This document shows positions 10,631 through 25,448 of a stretch of 64,000 nt of DNA, in pieces. The notes under the pieces were generated by a model, which was not told the DNA's origin, did no database searches, and worked only from the letters and a program-made list of their open reading frames with translations. Each line of letters begins with the position of its first letter. Position 1 is the first letter of the stretch. The DNA lies in NCBI GenBank assembly GCA_964016885.1, contig OZ024742.1, positions 163,494,001-163,558,000 on the forward strand, written 5' to 3'. Source of the stretch: Eledone cirrhosa. Taxonomy: Eukaryota. Made by a program: the position numbers and the translations under genes.

Positions 10631-13600
10631 TATCTCCCCCTGATTTTTTTTACAAATTATCTCCCCCTGATTTTTTTTACAAATTATCTACGCCTAATTT
10701 TTTTTACAAATTATCTCCCCCTGATTTTTTTTTACAAATTATCTCCCCCTGATTTTTTTTTACAAATTATCTCCCCCTGATTTTTTTTTACAAATTATCT
10801 CCCCCCTGATTTTTTTTACAATCTCCGCCTGATTTTTTAAAAAATTATCTTCCCTTGGCTGGCGGGAAATTATCTCCCCTTGGACGGCTGGAAATTATAT
10901 CCCCTTGGAAGGATGGAAATTATCTCCCCTTGGACGGCTGGAAATTATCTCCCCTTGGACGGCTGGAAATTATCTCCCCTTGGACAGCTGGAAATTATCT
11001 GCCCTTGATTTTGTTTTTACAAATTATCTCCCCCTGATTTTTTTTTACAAATTATCTCCCCCTGATTTTTTTTTTACAAATTATCTCCCCCTGATTTTTT
11101 TACAAATTATCTCCCCCTGATTTTTTTTACAAATTATCTCCGCCTGATTTTTTTAAATATTATCTTCCCTTGGCTGGCGGGAAATTATCTCCCCTTGGAC
11201 GGCTGAAAATTATCTCCCCTTGGACGGCTGGAAATTATCTCCCCCTGATTTTTTTACAAATTATCTCCCCCTGATTTTTTTTACAAATTATCTCCGCCTG
11301 ATTTTTTTTTTAAAATGATCTCCCCTTGGACGGCTGGAAATTATCTCCCCTTGGGCGGCTGGAAATTATCTCCCCTTGGACGGCTAGAAATTACCTCTCC
11401 TTGGACGGCTGAAAATTATCTCCCCTTGGACGGCTGTAAATTATCTCCCCTTGGACAGCTGGAAATTATCTGCCCTTGATTTTGTTTTTACAAATTATCT
11501 CCCCCTGATTTTTTTTACAAATTATCTCCACCTGATTTTTTAAAAAATTATCTCCCCTTGGACGGCAGTAAATTATCTCTCCTTGGCTGGAAATTATCTC
11601 CCCTTGGACGGCTAGAAATTATCTCTATTTGGACGGCTGGAAATTATCTCCCTTTGATTTTTTTTACAAATTATCTCCCCCTGATTTTTTTTTAAAATTA
11701 TCTCTCCTTGGACGGCTGGAAATTATCTCCCCTTGATTTTTTTTACAAATTATCTACCCCTGATTTTTTTTACAAATTATCTCCCCCTGATTTTTTTTTA
11801 CAAATTATCTACCCCTGATTTTTTTTTACAAATTATCTCCCCCTGATTTTTTTTACAAATTATCTCCCCCTGATTTTTTTACAAATTATCTCCCCCTGAT
11901 TTTTTTTACAAATTATCTCCGCCTAATTTTTTTAAATATTATCTTGCCTTGGCTGGCGGGAAATTATCTCCCCTTGGACGGCTGAAAATTATCTCCCCTT
12001 GGACGGCTGGAAATTATCTCCCCTTGGAGGCTGGAATTTATCTCCCCTTGGACGGCAAGAAATTACCTCTCCTTGGACGGCTGGAAAATATGTCTCCTTG
12101 GACGGCTAGAAATTATCTCCCCTTGGACGGCTGGAAATTATCTCCCCTTGGACGGCTGGAAATTATCTCTCCTCGGACGGCTAGAAATTACCTCTCCTTG
12201 GACCGCTGAAAATTATCTCCCCTTGGACGGCTGGAAATTATCTCCCCTTGATTTTTTTTACAAATTATCTCCCCCTGATTTTTTTTTACAAATTATCTCC
12301 CCCTGATATTTTTTACAAATTATCTCCCCCTGATTTTTTTACAAATTATCTCCCCTTGGCTGGCTGGAAATTATCTCCCCTTGGAGGCTGGAATTTATCT
12401 CCCCTTGGACGGCTAGAAATTACCTCGCCTTGGACGGCTGGAAAATATGTCTCCTTGGACGGCTGGAAATTATCTCTTCTTGGACGGCTGGAAATTATCT
12501 CCCCTTGGACGGCTAGATATTACCTCCCCTTGGACGGCTGGAAATTATCTCCCCCTGATTTTTTTTTACAAATTATCTCCCCCTGATTTTTTTTTACGAA
12601 TTATCTCCCCCTGATTTTTTTTTACAAATTATCTCCGCCTGATTTTTTTTTTAAATTATCTCCCCTTGGACGGCTGGAAATTATCTCCCCTTGGACGGCT
12701 AGAAGTTACCTCTCCTTGGACGGCTGAAAATTATCTCCCCTTCGACGGCTGCAAATTATCTCCCCTTGATTTTTTTAACAAATTATCTCCCCCTGATTTT
12801 TTCTTACAAATTATCTCCCCCTGATTTTTATTTACAAATTATCTACGCCTAATTTTTTTTACAAATTATCTCCCCCTGATTTTTTTTTACAAATTATCTC
12901 CCCCTGACTTTTTTTTACAAATTATCTCCCCCTGATTTTTTTACAAATTATCTCCCCCCTGATTTTTATTACAATCTCCGCCTGATTTTTTAAAAAATTA
13001 TCTTCCCTTGGCTGGCGGGAAATTATCTCCCCTTGGACGGCTGGAAATTATATCCCCTTGGAAGGATGGAAATTAACTCCCCTTGGACGGCTGGAAATTA
13101 TCTCCCCTTGGACGGCTGGAAATTATCTCCCCTTGGACAGCTGGAAATTATCTGCCCTTGATTTTGTTTTTACAAATTATCTCCCCCTGATTTTTTTTAC
13201 AAATTATCTCCACCTGATTTTTAAAAAAATTATCTCCCCTTGGACGGCTGGAAATTATCTCCCCTTGGCTGGAAATTATCTCCCCTTGGACGGCTAGAAA
13301 TTATCTCTCTTTGGACGGCTGGAAATTATCTCCCCTTCGCTGGCTGGAAATTATCTCCCCTTGGACGCTGGAAATTATAGCCCCTTGGAGGGCTGGAAAT
13401 TATCTTCCCTTGGACGGCTGGAAATTATCTCCCCTTGATTTTTTTTACAAATTATCACCCCCTGATTTTTTTTACAAATTATCTCCCCCTGATTTTTTTT
13501 TACAAATTATCTCCCCCTGATTTTTTTTTTACAAATTATCTCCGCCTGATTTTTTAAAAAAATTATCTCCCCCTGATTTTTTTTTTACAAATTATCTCCC

Positions 13601-13699
13601 CCTGATTTTTTTTCTACAAATTATCTCCCCCTGATTTTTTTACAAATTATCTCCCCCTGATTTTTTTTACAATATCCGCCCGATTTTTTTAAAAATCAT

Positions 13700-16450
13700 C
13701 TTCCCTTGGCTGGCGGGAAATTATCTCCCCTTGGACGGCTGGAAATTATCTCCCCTTGGAAGGATGGAAATTATCTCCCCTTGGACGGCTGGAAATTATC
13801 TCCCCTTGCACGGCTGGAAATTATCTCCCCTTGGACAGCTGGAAATTATCTGCCCTTGATTTTGTTTTTACAAATTATCTCCACCTGATTTTTTAAAAAA
13901 TTATCTCCCCTTGGACGGCTGGAAATTATCTCCCCTTGGACGGCTAGAAATTATCTCTCTTTGGACGGCTGGAAATTATCTCCCTTTGATTTTTTTTACA
14001 AATTTCCCCCTGATTTTTAAAAAAAAATTATCTCCCCTTCGCTGGCTGGAAATTATCTCCCCTTGGACACTGGAAATTATAGCCCCTTGGAGGGCTGGAA
14101 ATTATCTTCCCTTGGACGGCTGGAAATTATCTCCCCTTGATTTTTTTTACAAATAATCTCCCCCTGATTTTTTTTTACAAATTATCTCCCCCTGATTTTT
14201 TTTTACAAATTATCTCCGCCTGATTTTTTTTTAAAATTATCTCTCCTTGGACGGCTGGAAATTATCTCCACTTGATTTTTTTTACAAATCATCTCCCCCT
14301 GATTTTTTTTTACAAATTATCTCCCCCTGATTTTTTTTTACAAATTATCTTCCTCTGATTTTTTTTTACAAATTATCTCCCCCTGATTTTTTTTACAAAT
14401 TATCTCCCCATGATTTTTTTACAAATTATCTCCCCTTGGCTGGCTGGAAATTATCTCCCCTTGGAGGCTGGAATTTATCTCCCCTTGGACGGCTAGAAAT
14501 TACCTCTCCTTGGACGGCTGGAAAATATGTCTCCTTGGACGGCTGGATATTATCTACCCTTGGACGGCTGGAAATTATCTCCCCTTGGACGGCTGGAAAT
14601 TATCTCCCCTTGGACGGCTAGATATTACCTCCCCTTGGACGGCTGGAAATTATCTCCCCTTGATTTTTTTTACAAATTATCTCCCCCTGATTTTTTTTAC
14701 AAATTATCTCCCCCTGATTTTTTTACAAATTATCTCCCCATGATTTTTCTACAAATTATCTCCGCCTAATTTTTTTAAATATTATCTTCCCTTGGCTGGC
14801 GGGAAATTATCTCCCCTTGGACGGCTGAAAATTATCTCCCCTTGGACGGCTGGAAATTATCTCCCCTTGATTTTTTTACAAATTATCTCCCCCTGATTAT
14901 TTTTTACAAATTATCTCCCCCTGATTTTTTTTTACAAATTATCTCCCTCTGATTTTTTTTACAAATTATCTCCCCCTGATTTTTTTACAAATTATCTTCC
15001 CTTGGCTGGCGGGAAATTATCTCCCCTTGGACGGCTGGAAATTATCTCCCCTTGGAAGGATGGAAATTATCTCCCCTTGGACGGCTGGAAATTATCTCCC
15101 CTTGCACGGCTGGAAATTATCTCCCCTTGGACAGCTGGAAATTATCTGCCCTTGATTTTGTTTTTACAAATTATCTCCACCTGATTTTTTAAAAAATTAT
15201 CTCCCCTTGGACGGCTGGAAATTATCTCCCCTTGGACGGCTAGAAATTATCTCTCTTTGGACGGCTGGAAATTATCTCCCTTTGATTTTTTTTACAAATT
15301 TCCCCCTGATTTTTTAAAAAAAATTATCTCCCCTTCGCTGGCTGGAAATTATCTCCCCTTGGACACTGGAAATTATAGCCCCTTGGAGGGCTGGAAATTA
15401 TCTTCCCTTGGACGGCTGGAAATTATCTCCCCTTGATTTTTTTTACAAATAATCTCCCCCTGATTTTTTTTTACAAATTATCTCCCCCTGATTTTTTTTT
15501 ACAAATTATCTCCGCCTGATTTTTTTTTAAAATTATCTCTCCTTGGACGGCTGGAAATTATCTCCACTTGATTTTTTTTAAAAATCATCTCCCCCTGATT
15601 TTTTTTTACAAATTATCTCCCCCTGATTTTTTTTTACAAATTATCCTCCCCTGATTTTTTTTTACAAATTATCTCCCCCTGATTTTTTTTACAAATTATC
15701 TCCCCATGATTTTTTTACAAATTATCTCCCCTTGGCTGGCTGGAAATTATCTCCCCTTGGAGGCTGGAATTTATCTCCCCTTGGACGGCTAGAAATTACC
15801 TCTCCTTGGACGGCTGGAAAATATGGCTCCTTGGACGGCTGGATATTATCTACCCTTGGACGGCTGGAAATTATCTCCCCTTGGACGGCTGGAAATTATC
15901 TCCCCTTGGACGGCTAGATATTACCTCCCCTTGGACGGCTGGAAATTATCTCCCCTTGATTTTTTTTACAAATTATCTCCCCCTGATTTTTTTTACAAAT
16001 TATCTCCCCCTGATTTTTTTACAAATTATCTCCCCATGATTTTTCTACAAATTATCTCCGCCTAATTTTTTTAAATATTATCTTCCCTTGGCTGGCGGGA
16101 AATTATCTCCCCTTGGACGGCTGAAAATTATCTCCCCTTGGACGGCTGGAAATTATCTCCCCTTGATTTTTTTACAAATTATCTCCCCCTGATTATTTTT
16201 TACAAATTATCTCCCCCTGATTTTTTTTTACAAATTATCTCCCTCTGATTTTTTTTACAAATTATCTCCCCCTGATTTTTTTACAAATTATCTTCCCTTG
16301 GCTGGCGGGAAATTATCTCCCCTTGGACGGCTGGAAATTATCTCCCCTTGGAAGGATGGAAATTATCTCCCCTTGGACGGCTGGAAATTATCTCCCCTTG
16401 CACGGCTGGAAATTATCTCCCCTTGGACAGCTGGAAATTATCTGCCCTTG
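13700..16450 (+). repeat. Tandem duplication, period 1296 bp
   Basis: Offsets 13706->15002, 14436->15732 and 14527->15823 all equal 1296. Confidence 0.85.
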
Positions 16451-19400
16451 GACGGCTGGAAATTATCTCTCCTCGGACGGCTAGAAATTACCTCTCCTTG
16501 GACGGCTGAAAATTATCTCCCCTTGGACGGCTGGAAAATATGTCTCCTTGGACGGCTGGAAATTATCTCCCCTTGGACGGCTGGAAATTATCTCCCCTTG
16601 GACGGCTGGAAATTATCTCTCCTCGGACGGCTAGAAATTACCTCTCCTTGGACGGCTGAAAATTATCTCCCCTTGGACGGCTGGAAATTATCTCCCCTTG
16701 ATTTTTTTTACAAATTATCTCCCCCTGATTTTTTTTTACAAATTATCTCCCCCTGATTTTTTTTTACAAATTATCTCCCCCTGATTTTTTTTTACAAATT
16801 ATCTCCCCCTGATTTTTTTTACAAATTATCTCCCCCTGATTTTTTTACAAATTATCTCCCCTTGGCTGGCTGGAAATTATCTCCCCTTGGAGGCTGGAAT
16901 TTATCTCCCCTTAGACGGCTAGAAATTACCTCGCCTTGGACGGCTGGAAAATATGTCTCCTTGGACGGCTGGAAATTATCTCCCCTTGGACGGCTGGAAA
17001 TTATCTCCCCTTGGACGGCTAGATATTACCTCCCCTTGGACGGCTGGAAATTATCTCCCCTTGATTTTTTTTTACAAATTATCTCCCCCTGATTTTTTTT
17101 TACGAATTATCTCCCCCTGATTTTTTTTACAAATTATCTCCGCCTGATTTTTTTAAAAAAATTATCTCCCCTTGGACGGCTGGAAATTATCTCCCCTTGA
17201 TTTTTTTTACAAATTATCTCCCCCTGATTTTTTTACAAATTATCTTCCCTTGGCTGGCGGGAAATTATCTCCCCTTGGACGGCTGGAAATTATCTCCCCT
17301 TGGAAGGATGGAAATTATCTCCCCTTGGACGGCTGGAAATTATCTCCCCTTGCACGGCTGGAAATTATCTCCCCTTGGACAGCTGGAAATTATCTGCCCT
17401 TGATTTTGTTTTTACAAATTATCTCCACCTGATTTTTTAAAAAATTATCTCCCCTTGGACGGCTGGAAATTATCTCCCCTTGGACGGCCAGAAATTATCT
17501 CTCTTTGGACGGCTGGAAATTATCTCCCTTTGATTTTTTTTACAAATTTCCCCCTGATTTTTTAAAAAAAATTATCTCCCCTTCGCTGGCTGGAAATTAT
17601 CTCCCCTTGGACACTGGAAATTATAGCCCCTTGGAGGGCTGGAAATTATCTTCCCTTGGACGGCTGGAAATTATCTCCCCTTGATTTTTTTTACAAATAA
17701 TCTCCCCCTGATTTTTTTTTACAAATTATCTCCCCCTGATTTTTTTTTACAAATTATCTCCGCCTGATTTTTTTTTAAAATTATCTCTCCTTGGACGGCT
17801 GGAAATTATCTCCACTTGATTTTTTTTACAAATCATCTCCCCCTGATTTTTTTTTACAAATTATCTCCCCCTGATTTTTTTTTACAAATTATCCTCCCCT
17901 GATTTTTTTTTACAAATTATCTCCCCCTGATTTTTTTTACAAATTATCTCCCCATGATTTTTTTACAAATTATCTCCCCTTGGCTGGCTGGAAATTATCT
18001 CCCCTTGGAGGCTGGAATTTATCTCCCCTTGGACGGCTAGAAATTACCTCTCCTTGGACGGCTGGAAAATATGTCTCCTTGGACGGCTGGATATTATCTA
18101 CCCTTGGACGGCTGGAAATTATCTCCCCTTGGACGGCTGGAAATTATCTCCCCTTGGACGGCTAGATATTACCTCCCCTTGGACGGCTGGAAATTATCTC
18201 CCCTTGATTTTTTTTACAAATTATCTCCCCCTGATTTTTTTTACAAATTATCTCCCCCTGATTTTTTTACAAATTATCTCCCCATGATTTTTCTACAAAT
18301 TATCTCCGCCTAATTTTTTTAAATATTATCTTCCCTTGGCTGGCGGGAAATTATCTCCCCTTGGACGGCTGAAAATTATCTCCCCTTGGACGGCTGGAAA
18401 TTATCTCCCCTTGATTTTTTTACAAATTATCTCCCCCTGATTATTTTTTACAAATTATCTCCCCCTGATTTTTTTTTACAAATTATCTCCCTCTGATTTT
18501 TTTTACAAATTATCTCCCCCTGATTTTTTTACAAATTATCTTCCCTTGGCTGGCGGGAAATTATCTCCCCTTGGACGGCTGGAAATTATCTCCCCTTGGA
18601 AGGATGGAAATTATCTCCCCTTGGACGGCTGGAAATTATCTCCCCTTGCACGGCTGGAAATTATCTCCCCTTGGACAGCTGGAAATTATCTGCCCTTGGA
18701 CGGCTGGAAATTATCTCTCCTCGGACGGCTAGAAATTACCTCTCCTTGGACGGCTGAAAATTATCTCCCCTTGGACGGCTGGAAAATATGTCTCCTTGGA
18801 CGGCTGGAAATTATCTCCCCTTGGACGGCTGGAAATTATCTCCCCTTGGACGCCTGGAAATTATCTCTCCTCGGACGGCTAGAAATTACCTCTCCTTGGA
18901 CGGCTGAAAATTATCTCCCCTTGGACGGCTGGAAATTATCTCCCCTTGATTTTTTTTACAAATTATCTCCCCCTGATTTTTTTTTACAAATTATCTCCCC
19001 CTGATTTTTTTTTACAAATTATCTCCCCCTGATTTTTTTTTACAAATTATCTCCCCCTGATATTTTTTACAAATTATCTCCCCCTGATTTTTTTACAAAT
19101 TATCTCCCCTTGGCTGGCTGGAAATTATCTCCCCTTGGAGGCTGGAATTTATCTCCCCTTGGACGGCTAGAAATTACCTCGCCTTGGACGGCTGGAAAAT
19201 ATGTCTCCTTGGACGGCTGGAAATTATCTCCCCTTGGACGGCTGGAAATTATCTCCCCTTGGACGGCTAGATATTACCTCCCCTTGGACGGCTGGAAATT
19301 ATCTCCCCTTGATTTTTTTTTACAAATTATCTCCCCCTGATTTTTTTTTACGAATTATCTCCCCCTGATTTTTTTTACAAATTATCTCCGCCTGATTTTT

Positions 19401-19470
19401 TTAAAAAAATTATCTCCCCTTGGACGGCTGGAAATTATCTCCCCTTGATTTTTTTTACAAATTATCTCCC
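14960..19470 (+). repeat. Tandem duplication, period 2248 bp
   Basis: Offsets 15732->17980, 16298->18546 and 16862->19110 all equal 2248. Confidence 0.85.
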
Positions 19471-22400
19471 CCTGATTTTTTTTACAAATTATCTCCCCCT
19501 GATTTTTTTTTACAAATTATCTCCCCCTGATTTTTTTTTTACAAATTATCTCCGCCTGATTTTTTAAAAAAATTATCTCCCCCTGATTTTTTTTTACAAA
19601 TTATCTCCCCCTGATTTTTTTTCTACAAATTATCTCCCCCTGATTTTTTTACAAATTATCTCCCCCTGATTTTTTTTACAATATCCGCCCGATTTTTTTA
19701 AAAATTATCTTCCCTTGGCTGGCGGGAAATTATCTCCCCTTGGACGGCTGGAAATTATCTCCCCTTGGAAGGATGGAAATTATCTCCCCTTGGACGGCTG
19801 GAAATTATCTCCCCTTGCACGGCTGGAAATTATCTCCCCTTGGACAGCTGGAAATTATCTGCCCTTGATTTTGTTTTTACAAATTATCTCCACCTGATTT
19901 TTTAAAAAATTATCTCCCCTTGGACGGCTGGAAATTATCTCCCCTTGGACGGCTAGAAATTATCTCTCTTTGGACGGCTGGAAATTATCTCCCCTTGGAC
20001 GGCTGGAAATTATCTCCCCTTGATTTTTTTTACAAATTATCTCCCCCTGATTTTTTTTTACAAATTATCTCCCCCTGATTTTTTTTTACAAATTATCTCC
20101 CCCTGATTTTTTTTTACAAATTATCTCCCCCTGATATTTTTTACAAATTATCTCCCCCTGATTTTTTTACAAATTATCTCCCCTTGGCTGGCTGGAAATT
20201 ATCTCCCCTTGGAGGCTGGAATTTATCTCCCCTTGGACGGCTAGAAATTACCTCGCCTTGGACGGCTGGAAAATATGTCTCCTTGGACGGCTGGAAATTA
20301 TCTCCCCTTGGACGGCTGGAAATTATCTCCCCTTGGACGGCTAGATATTACCTCCCCTTGGACGGCTGGAAATTATCTCCCCTTGATTTTTTTTTACAAA
20401 TTATCTCCCCCTGATTTTTTTTTACGAATTATCTCCCCCTGATTTTTTTTACAAATTACCTCCGCCTGATTTTTTAAAAAAAATTATCTCCCCTTGGACG
20501 GCTGGAAATTATCTCCCCTTGATTTTTTTTACAAATTATCTCCCCCTGATTTTTTTTACAAATTATCTCCACCTGATTTTTTTTTACAAATTATCTCCCC
20601 CTGATTTTTTTTTTACAAATTATCTCCGCCTGATTTTTTAAAAAAATTATCTCCCCCTGATTTTTTTTTACAAATTATCTCCCCCTGATTTTTTTTCTAC
20701 AAATTATCTCCCCCTGATTTTTTTACAAATTATCTCCCCCTGATTTTTTTTACAATATCCGCCCGATTTTTTTAAAAATTATCTTCCCTTGGCTGGCGGG
20801 AAATTATCTCCCCTTGGACGGCTGGAAATTATCTCCCCTTGGAAGGATGGAAATTATCTCCCCTTGGACGGCTGGAAATTATCTCCCCTTGCACGGCTGG
20901 AAATTATCTCCCCTTGGACAGCTGGAAATTATCTGCCCTTGATTTTGTTTTTACAAATTATCTCCACCTGATTTTTTAAAAAATTATCTCCCCTTGGACG
21001 GCTGGAAATTATCTCCCCTTGGACGGCTAGAAATTATCTCTCTTTGGACGGCTGGAAATTATCTCCCTTTGATTTTTTTTACAAATTTCCCCCTGATTTT
21101 TTAAAAAAAATTATCTCCCCTTCGCTGGCTGGAAATTATCTCCCCTTGGACACTGCAAATTATAGCCCCTTGGAGGGCTGGAAATTATCTTCCCTTGGAC
21201 GGCTGGAAATTATCTCCCCTTGATTTTTTTTACAAATAATCTCCCCCTGATTTTTTTTTACAAATTATCTCCCCCTGATTTTTTTTTACAAATTATCTCC
21301 GCCTGATTTTTTTTTAAAATTATCTCTCCTTGGACGGCTGGAAATTATCTCCACTTGATTTTTTTTACAAATCATCTCCCCCTGATTTTTTTTTACAAAT
21401 TATCTCCCCCTGATTTTTTTATACAAATTATCTTCCCCTGATTTTTTTTTACAAATTATCTCCCCCTGATTTTTTTTACAAATTATCTCCCCATGATTTT
21501 TTTACAAATTATCTCCCCTTGGCTGGCTGGAAATTATCTCCCCTTGGAGGCTGGAATTTATCTCCCCTTGGACGGCTAGAAATTACCTCTCCTTGGACGG
21601 CTGGAAAATATGTCTCCTTGGACGGCTGGATATTATCTACCCTTGGACGGCTGGAAATTATCTCCCCTTGGACGGCTGGAAATTATCTCCCCTTGGACGG
21701 CTAGATATTACCTCCCCTTGGACGGCTGGAAATTATCTCCCCTTGATTTTTTTTACAAATTATCTCCCCCTGATTTTTTTTACAAATTATCTCCCCCTGA
21801 TTTTTTTACAAATTATCTCCCCATGATTTTTCTACAAATTATCTCCGCCTAATTTTTTTAAATATTATCTTCCCTTGGCTGGCGGGAAATTATCTCCCCT
21901 TGGACGGCTGAAAATTATCTCCCCTTGGACGGCTGGAAATTATCTCCCCTTGATTTTTTTACAAATTATCTCCCCCTGATTATTTTTTACAAATTATCTC
22001 CCCCTGATTTTTTTTTACAAATTATCTCCCTCTGATTTTTTTTACAAATTATCTCCCCCTGATTTTTTTACAAATTATCGCCCCTTGGCTGGCTGGAAAT
22101 TATCTCCCCTTGGAGGCTGGAATTTATCACCCCTTGGACGGTTAGAAATTACCTCTCCTTGGACGGCTGGAAAATATGTCTCCTTGGACGGCTGGAAATT
22201 ATCTCCCCTTGGACGGCTGGAAATTATCTCCCCTTGGACGGCTGGAAATTATCTCTCCTCGGACGGCTAGAAATTACCTCTCCTTGGACGGCTGAAAATT
22301 ATCTCCCCTTGGACGGCTGGAAATTATCTCCCCTTGATTTTTTTTACAAATTATCTCCCCCTGATTTTTTTTTACAAATTATCTTCCCCTGATTTTTTTT

Positions 22401-25400
22401 TACAAATTATCTCCCCCTGATTTTTTTTTACAAATTATCTCCCCCTGATATTTTTTACAAATTATCTCCCCCTGATTTTTTTACAAATTATCTCCCCTTG
22501 GCTGGCTGGAAATTATCTCCCCTTGGAGGCTGGAATTTATCTCCCCTTGGACGGCTAGAAATTACCTCGCCTTGGACGGCTGGAAAATATGTCTTCTTGG
22601 ACGGCTGGAAATTATCTCCCCTTGGACGGCTGGAAATTATCTCCCCTTGGACGGCTAGATATTACCTCCCCTTGGACGGCTGGAAATTATCTCCCCTTGA
22701 TTTTTTTTTACAAATTATCTCCCCCTGATATTTTTTTACAAATTATCTCCCCCTGATTTTTTTTTACGAATTATCTCCCCCTGATTTTTTTTACAAATTA
22801 TCTCCGCCTGATTTTTTAAAAAAAATTATCTCCCCTTGGACGGCTGGAAATTATCTCCCCTTGATTTTTTTTACAAATTATCTCCCCCTGATTTTTTTTT
22901 ACAAATTATCTCCCCCTGATTTTTTTTTACAAATTATCTACCCCTGATTTTTTTTTACAAATTATCTCCCCCTGATTTTTTTTACAAATTATCTCCCCCT
23001 GATTTTTTTTTTACAAATTATCTTCGCCTGATTTTTTTAGAAAAATTATCTCCCCTTGGACGGCTGGAAATTATCTCCCCTTGGACGGCTGGAAATTATC
23101 TCCCCTTGGACGGCTAGAAATTACCTCTACTTGGACGGCTGAAAATTATCTCCCCTTGGACGGCTGCAAATTATCTCCCCTTGATTTTTTTTACAAATTA
23201 TCTCCCCCTGATTTTTTTTTACAAATTATCTCCCCTTGATTTTTTTTCTACAAATTATCTCCCCCTGATTTTTTTTACAATCTCCGCCTGATTTTTTAAA
23301 AAATTATCTTCCCTTGGCTGGCGGGAAATTATCTCCCCTTGGACGGCTGGAAATTATCTCCCCTTGGAAGGATGGAAATTATCTCCCCTTGGACGGCTGG
23401 AAATTATCTCCCCTTGCACGGCTGGAAATTATCTCCCCTTGGACAGCTGGAAATTATCTGCCCTTGATTTTGTTTTTACAAATTATCTCCCCCTGATTTT
23501 TTTTTTACAAATTATCTCCACCTGATTTTTTAAAAAATTATCTCCCCTTGGACGGCTGGAAATTATCTCCCCTTGGCTGGAAATTATCTCTCCTTGGACG
23601 GCTGGAAATTATCTCCCTTTGATTTTTTTTACAAATTATCTCCCTCTGAATTTTTACAAATTTCCCCCTGATTTAAAAAAAAAAATTATCTCCCCTTCGC
23701 TGGCTGGAAATTATCTCCCCTTGGACACTGGAAATTATAGCCCCTTGGAGGGCTGGAAATTATCTTCCCTTGGACGGCTGGAAATTATCTCCCCTTGATT
23801 TTTTTTACAAATTATCTCCCCCTGATTTTTTTTTACAAATTATCTACCCCTGATTTTTTTTTACAAATTATCTCCACCTGATTTTTTTTACAAATTATCT
23901 CCCCCTGATTTTTTTTACAAATTATCTCCCCCTGATTTTTTTACAAATTATCTCCCCCTGATTTTTTTTACAAATTATCTCCGCCTAATTTTTTTAAATA
24001 TTATCTTCCCTTGGCTGGCGGGAAATTATCTCCCCTTGGACGGCTGAAAATTATCTCCCCTTGGACGGCTGGAAATTATCTCCCCTTGATTTTTTTACAA
24101 ATTATCTCCCCCTGATTATTTTTTACAAATTATCTCCCCCTGATTTTTTTTACAAATTATCTCCCCCTGATTTTTTTTACAAATTATCTCCCCCTGATTT
24201 TTTTTTTACAAGTTATCTCCGCCTGATTTTTTTTACAAATTATCTCCCCCTGATTTTTTTACAAATTATCTCCCCCTGATTTTTTTTACAAATTATCTCC
24301 GCCTAATTTTTTTAAATATTATCTTCCCTTGGCTGGCGGGAAATTATCTCCCCTTGGACGGCTAGAAATTACCTCTCCTTGGACGACTGAAAATTATCTC
24401 CCCTTGGACAGCTGCAAATTATCTCCCCTTGATTTTTTTTACAAATTATCTCCGCCTGATTTTTTTTTAAAAATTATCTCCCCTTGGACGGCTGGAAATT
24501 ATCTCCCCTTGGACGGCTGGAAATTGTCTCCCCTTGGACGGCTAGAAATTACCTCTCCTTGGACGGCTGAAAATTATCTCCCCTTGGACGGCTGGAAATT
24601 ATCTCCCCTTGATTTTTTTACAAATTATCTCCGCCTGATATTTTTTTACAAATTATCTCCCCCTGATTTTTTTTTACAAATTATCTCCCCCTGATTTTTT
24701 TTTACAAATTATCGCCCCCTGATTTTTTTTTACAAATTATCTTCCCCTGATTTTTTTTTTACAAATTATCTCCCCCTGATTTTTTTACAAATTATCTCCC
24801 CCTGATTTTTTTTACAATCTCCGCCTGATTTTTTTAAAAATTATCTTCCCTTGGCTGGCGGGAAATTATCTCCCCTTGGACGGCTGGAAATTATCTCCCC
24901 TTGGACGGCTGGAAATTATCTCCCCTTGGACGGCTAGAAATTACCTCTCCTTGGACGGCTGAAAATTATCTCCCCTTGGACGGCTGCAAATTATCTCCCC
25001 TTGGACGGCTAGAAATTACCTCCCCTTGCACGGCTGGAAATTATCTCCCCTTGGCTGGAAATTATCTCCCCTTGGACGGCTGAAAATTATCTCCCCTTGG
25101 ACGGCTGGAAATTATCTCCCCCTGATTTTTTTTACAAATTATCTCCCCCTGATTTTTTTACAAATTATCTCCCCCTGATTTTTTTACAAATTATCTCCCC
25201 TTGGCTGGCTGGAAATTATCTCCCATTGGAGGCTGGAATTTATCTCCCCTTGGACGGCTAGAAATTACCTCTCCTTGGACGGCTGGAAAATATGTCTCCT
25301 TGGACGGCTGGATATTATCTGCCCTTGGACGGCTGGAAATTATCTCCCCTTGGACGGCTGGAAATTATCTCCCCTTGGACGGCTAGATATTACCTCCCCT

Positions 25401-25448
25401 TGGACGGCTGGAAATTATCTCCCCTTGATTTTTTTTACAAATTATCTC
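17132..25448 (+). repeat. Near-identical copy of bases 1 to ~8317 (offset 17,131 bp)
   Basis: Every pseudo-ORF start from 41 to 8161 reappears at +17131 (41->17172, 4954->22085, 8161->25292). Private variants are shared (GGACGCCTGG 1716/18847, ACTGCAAATT 4021/21152). Confidence 0.93.
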
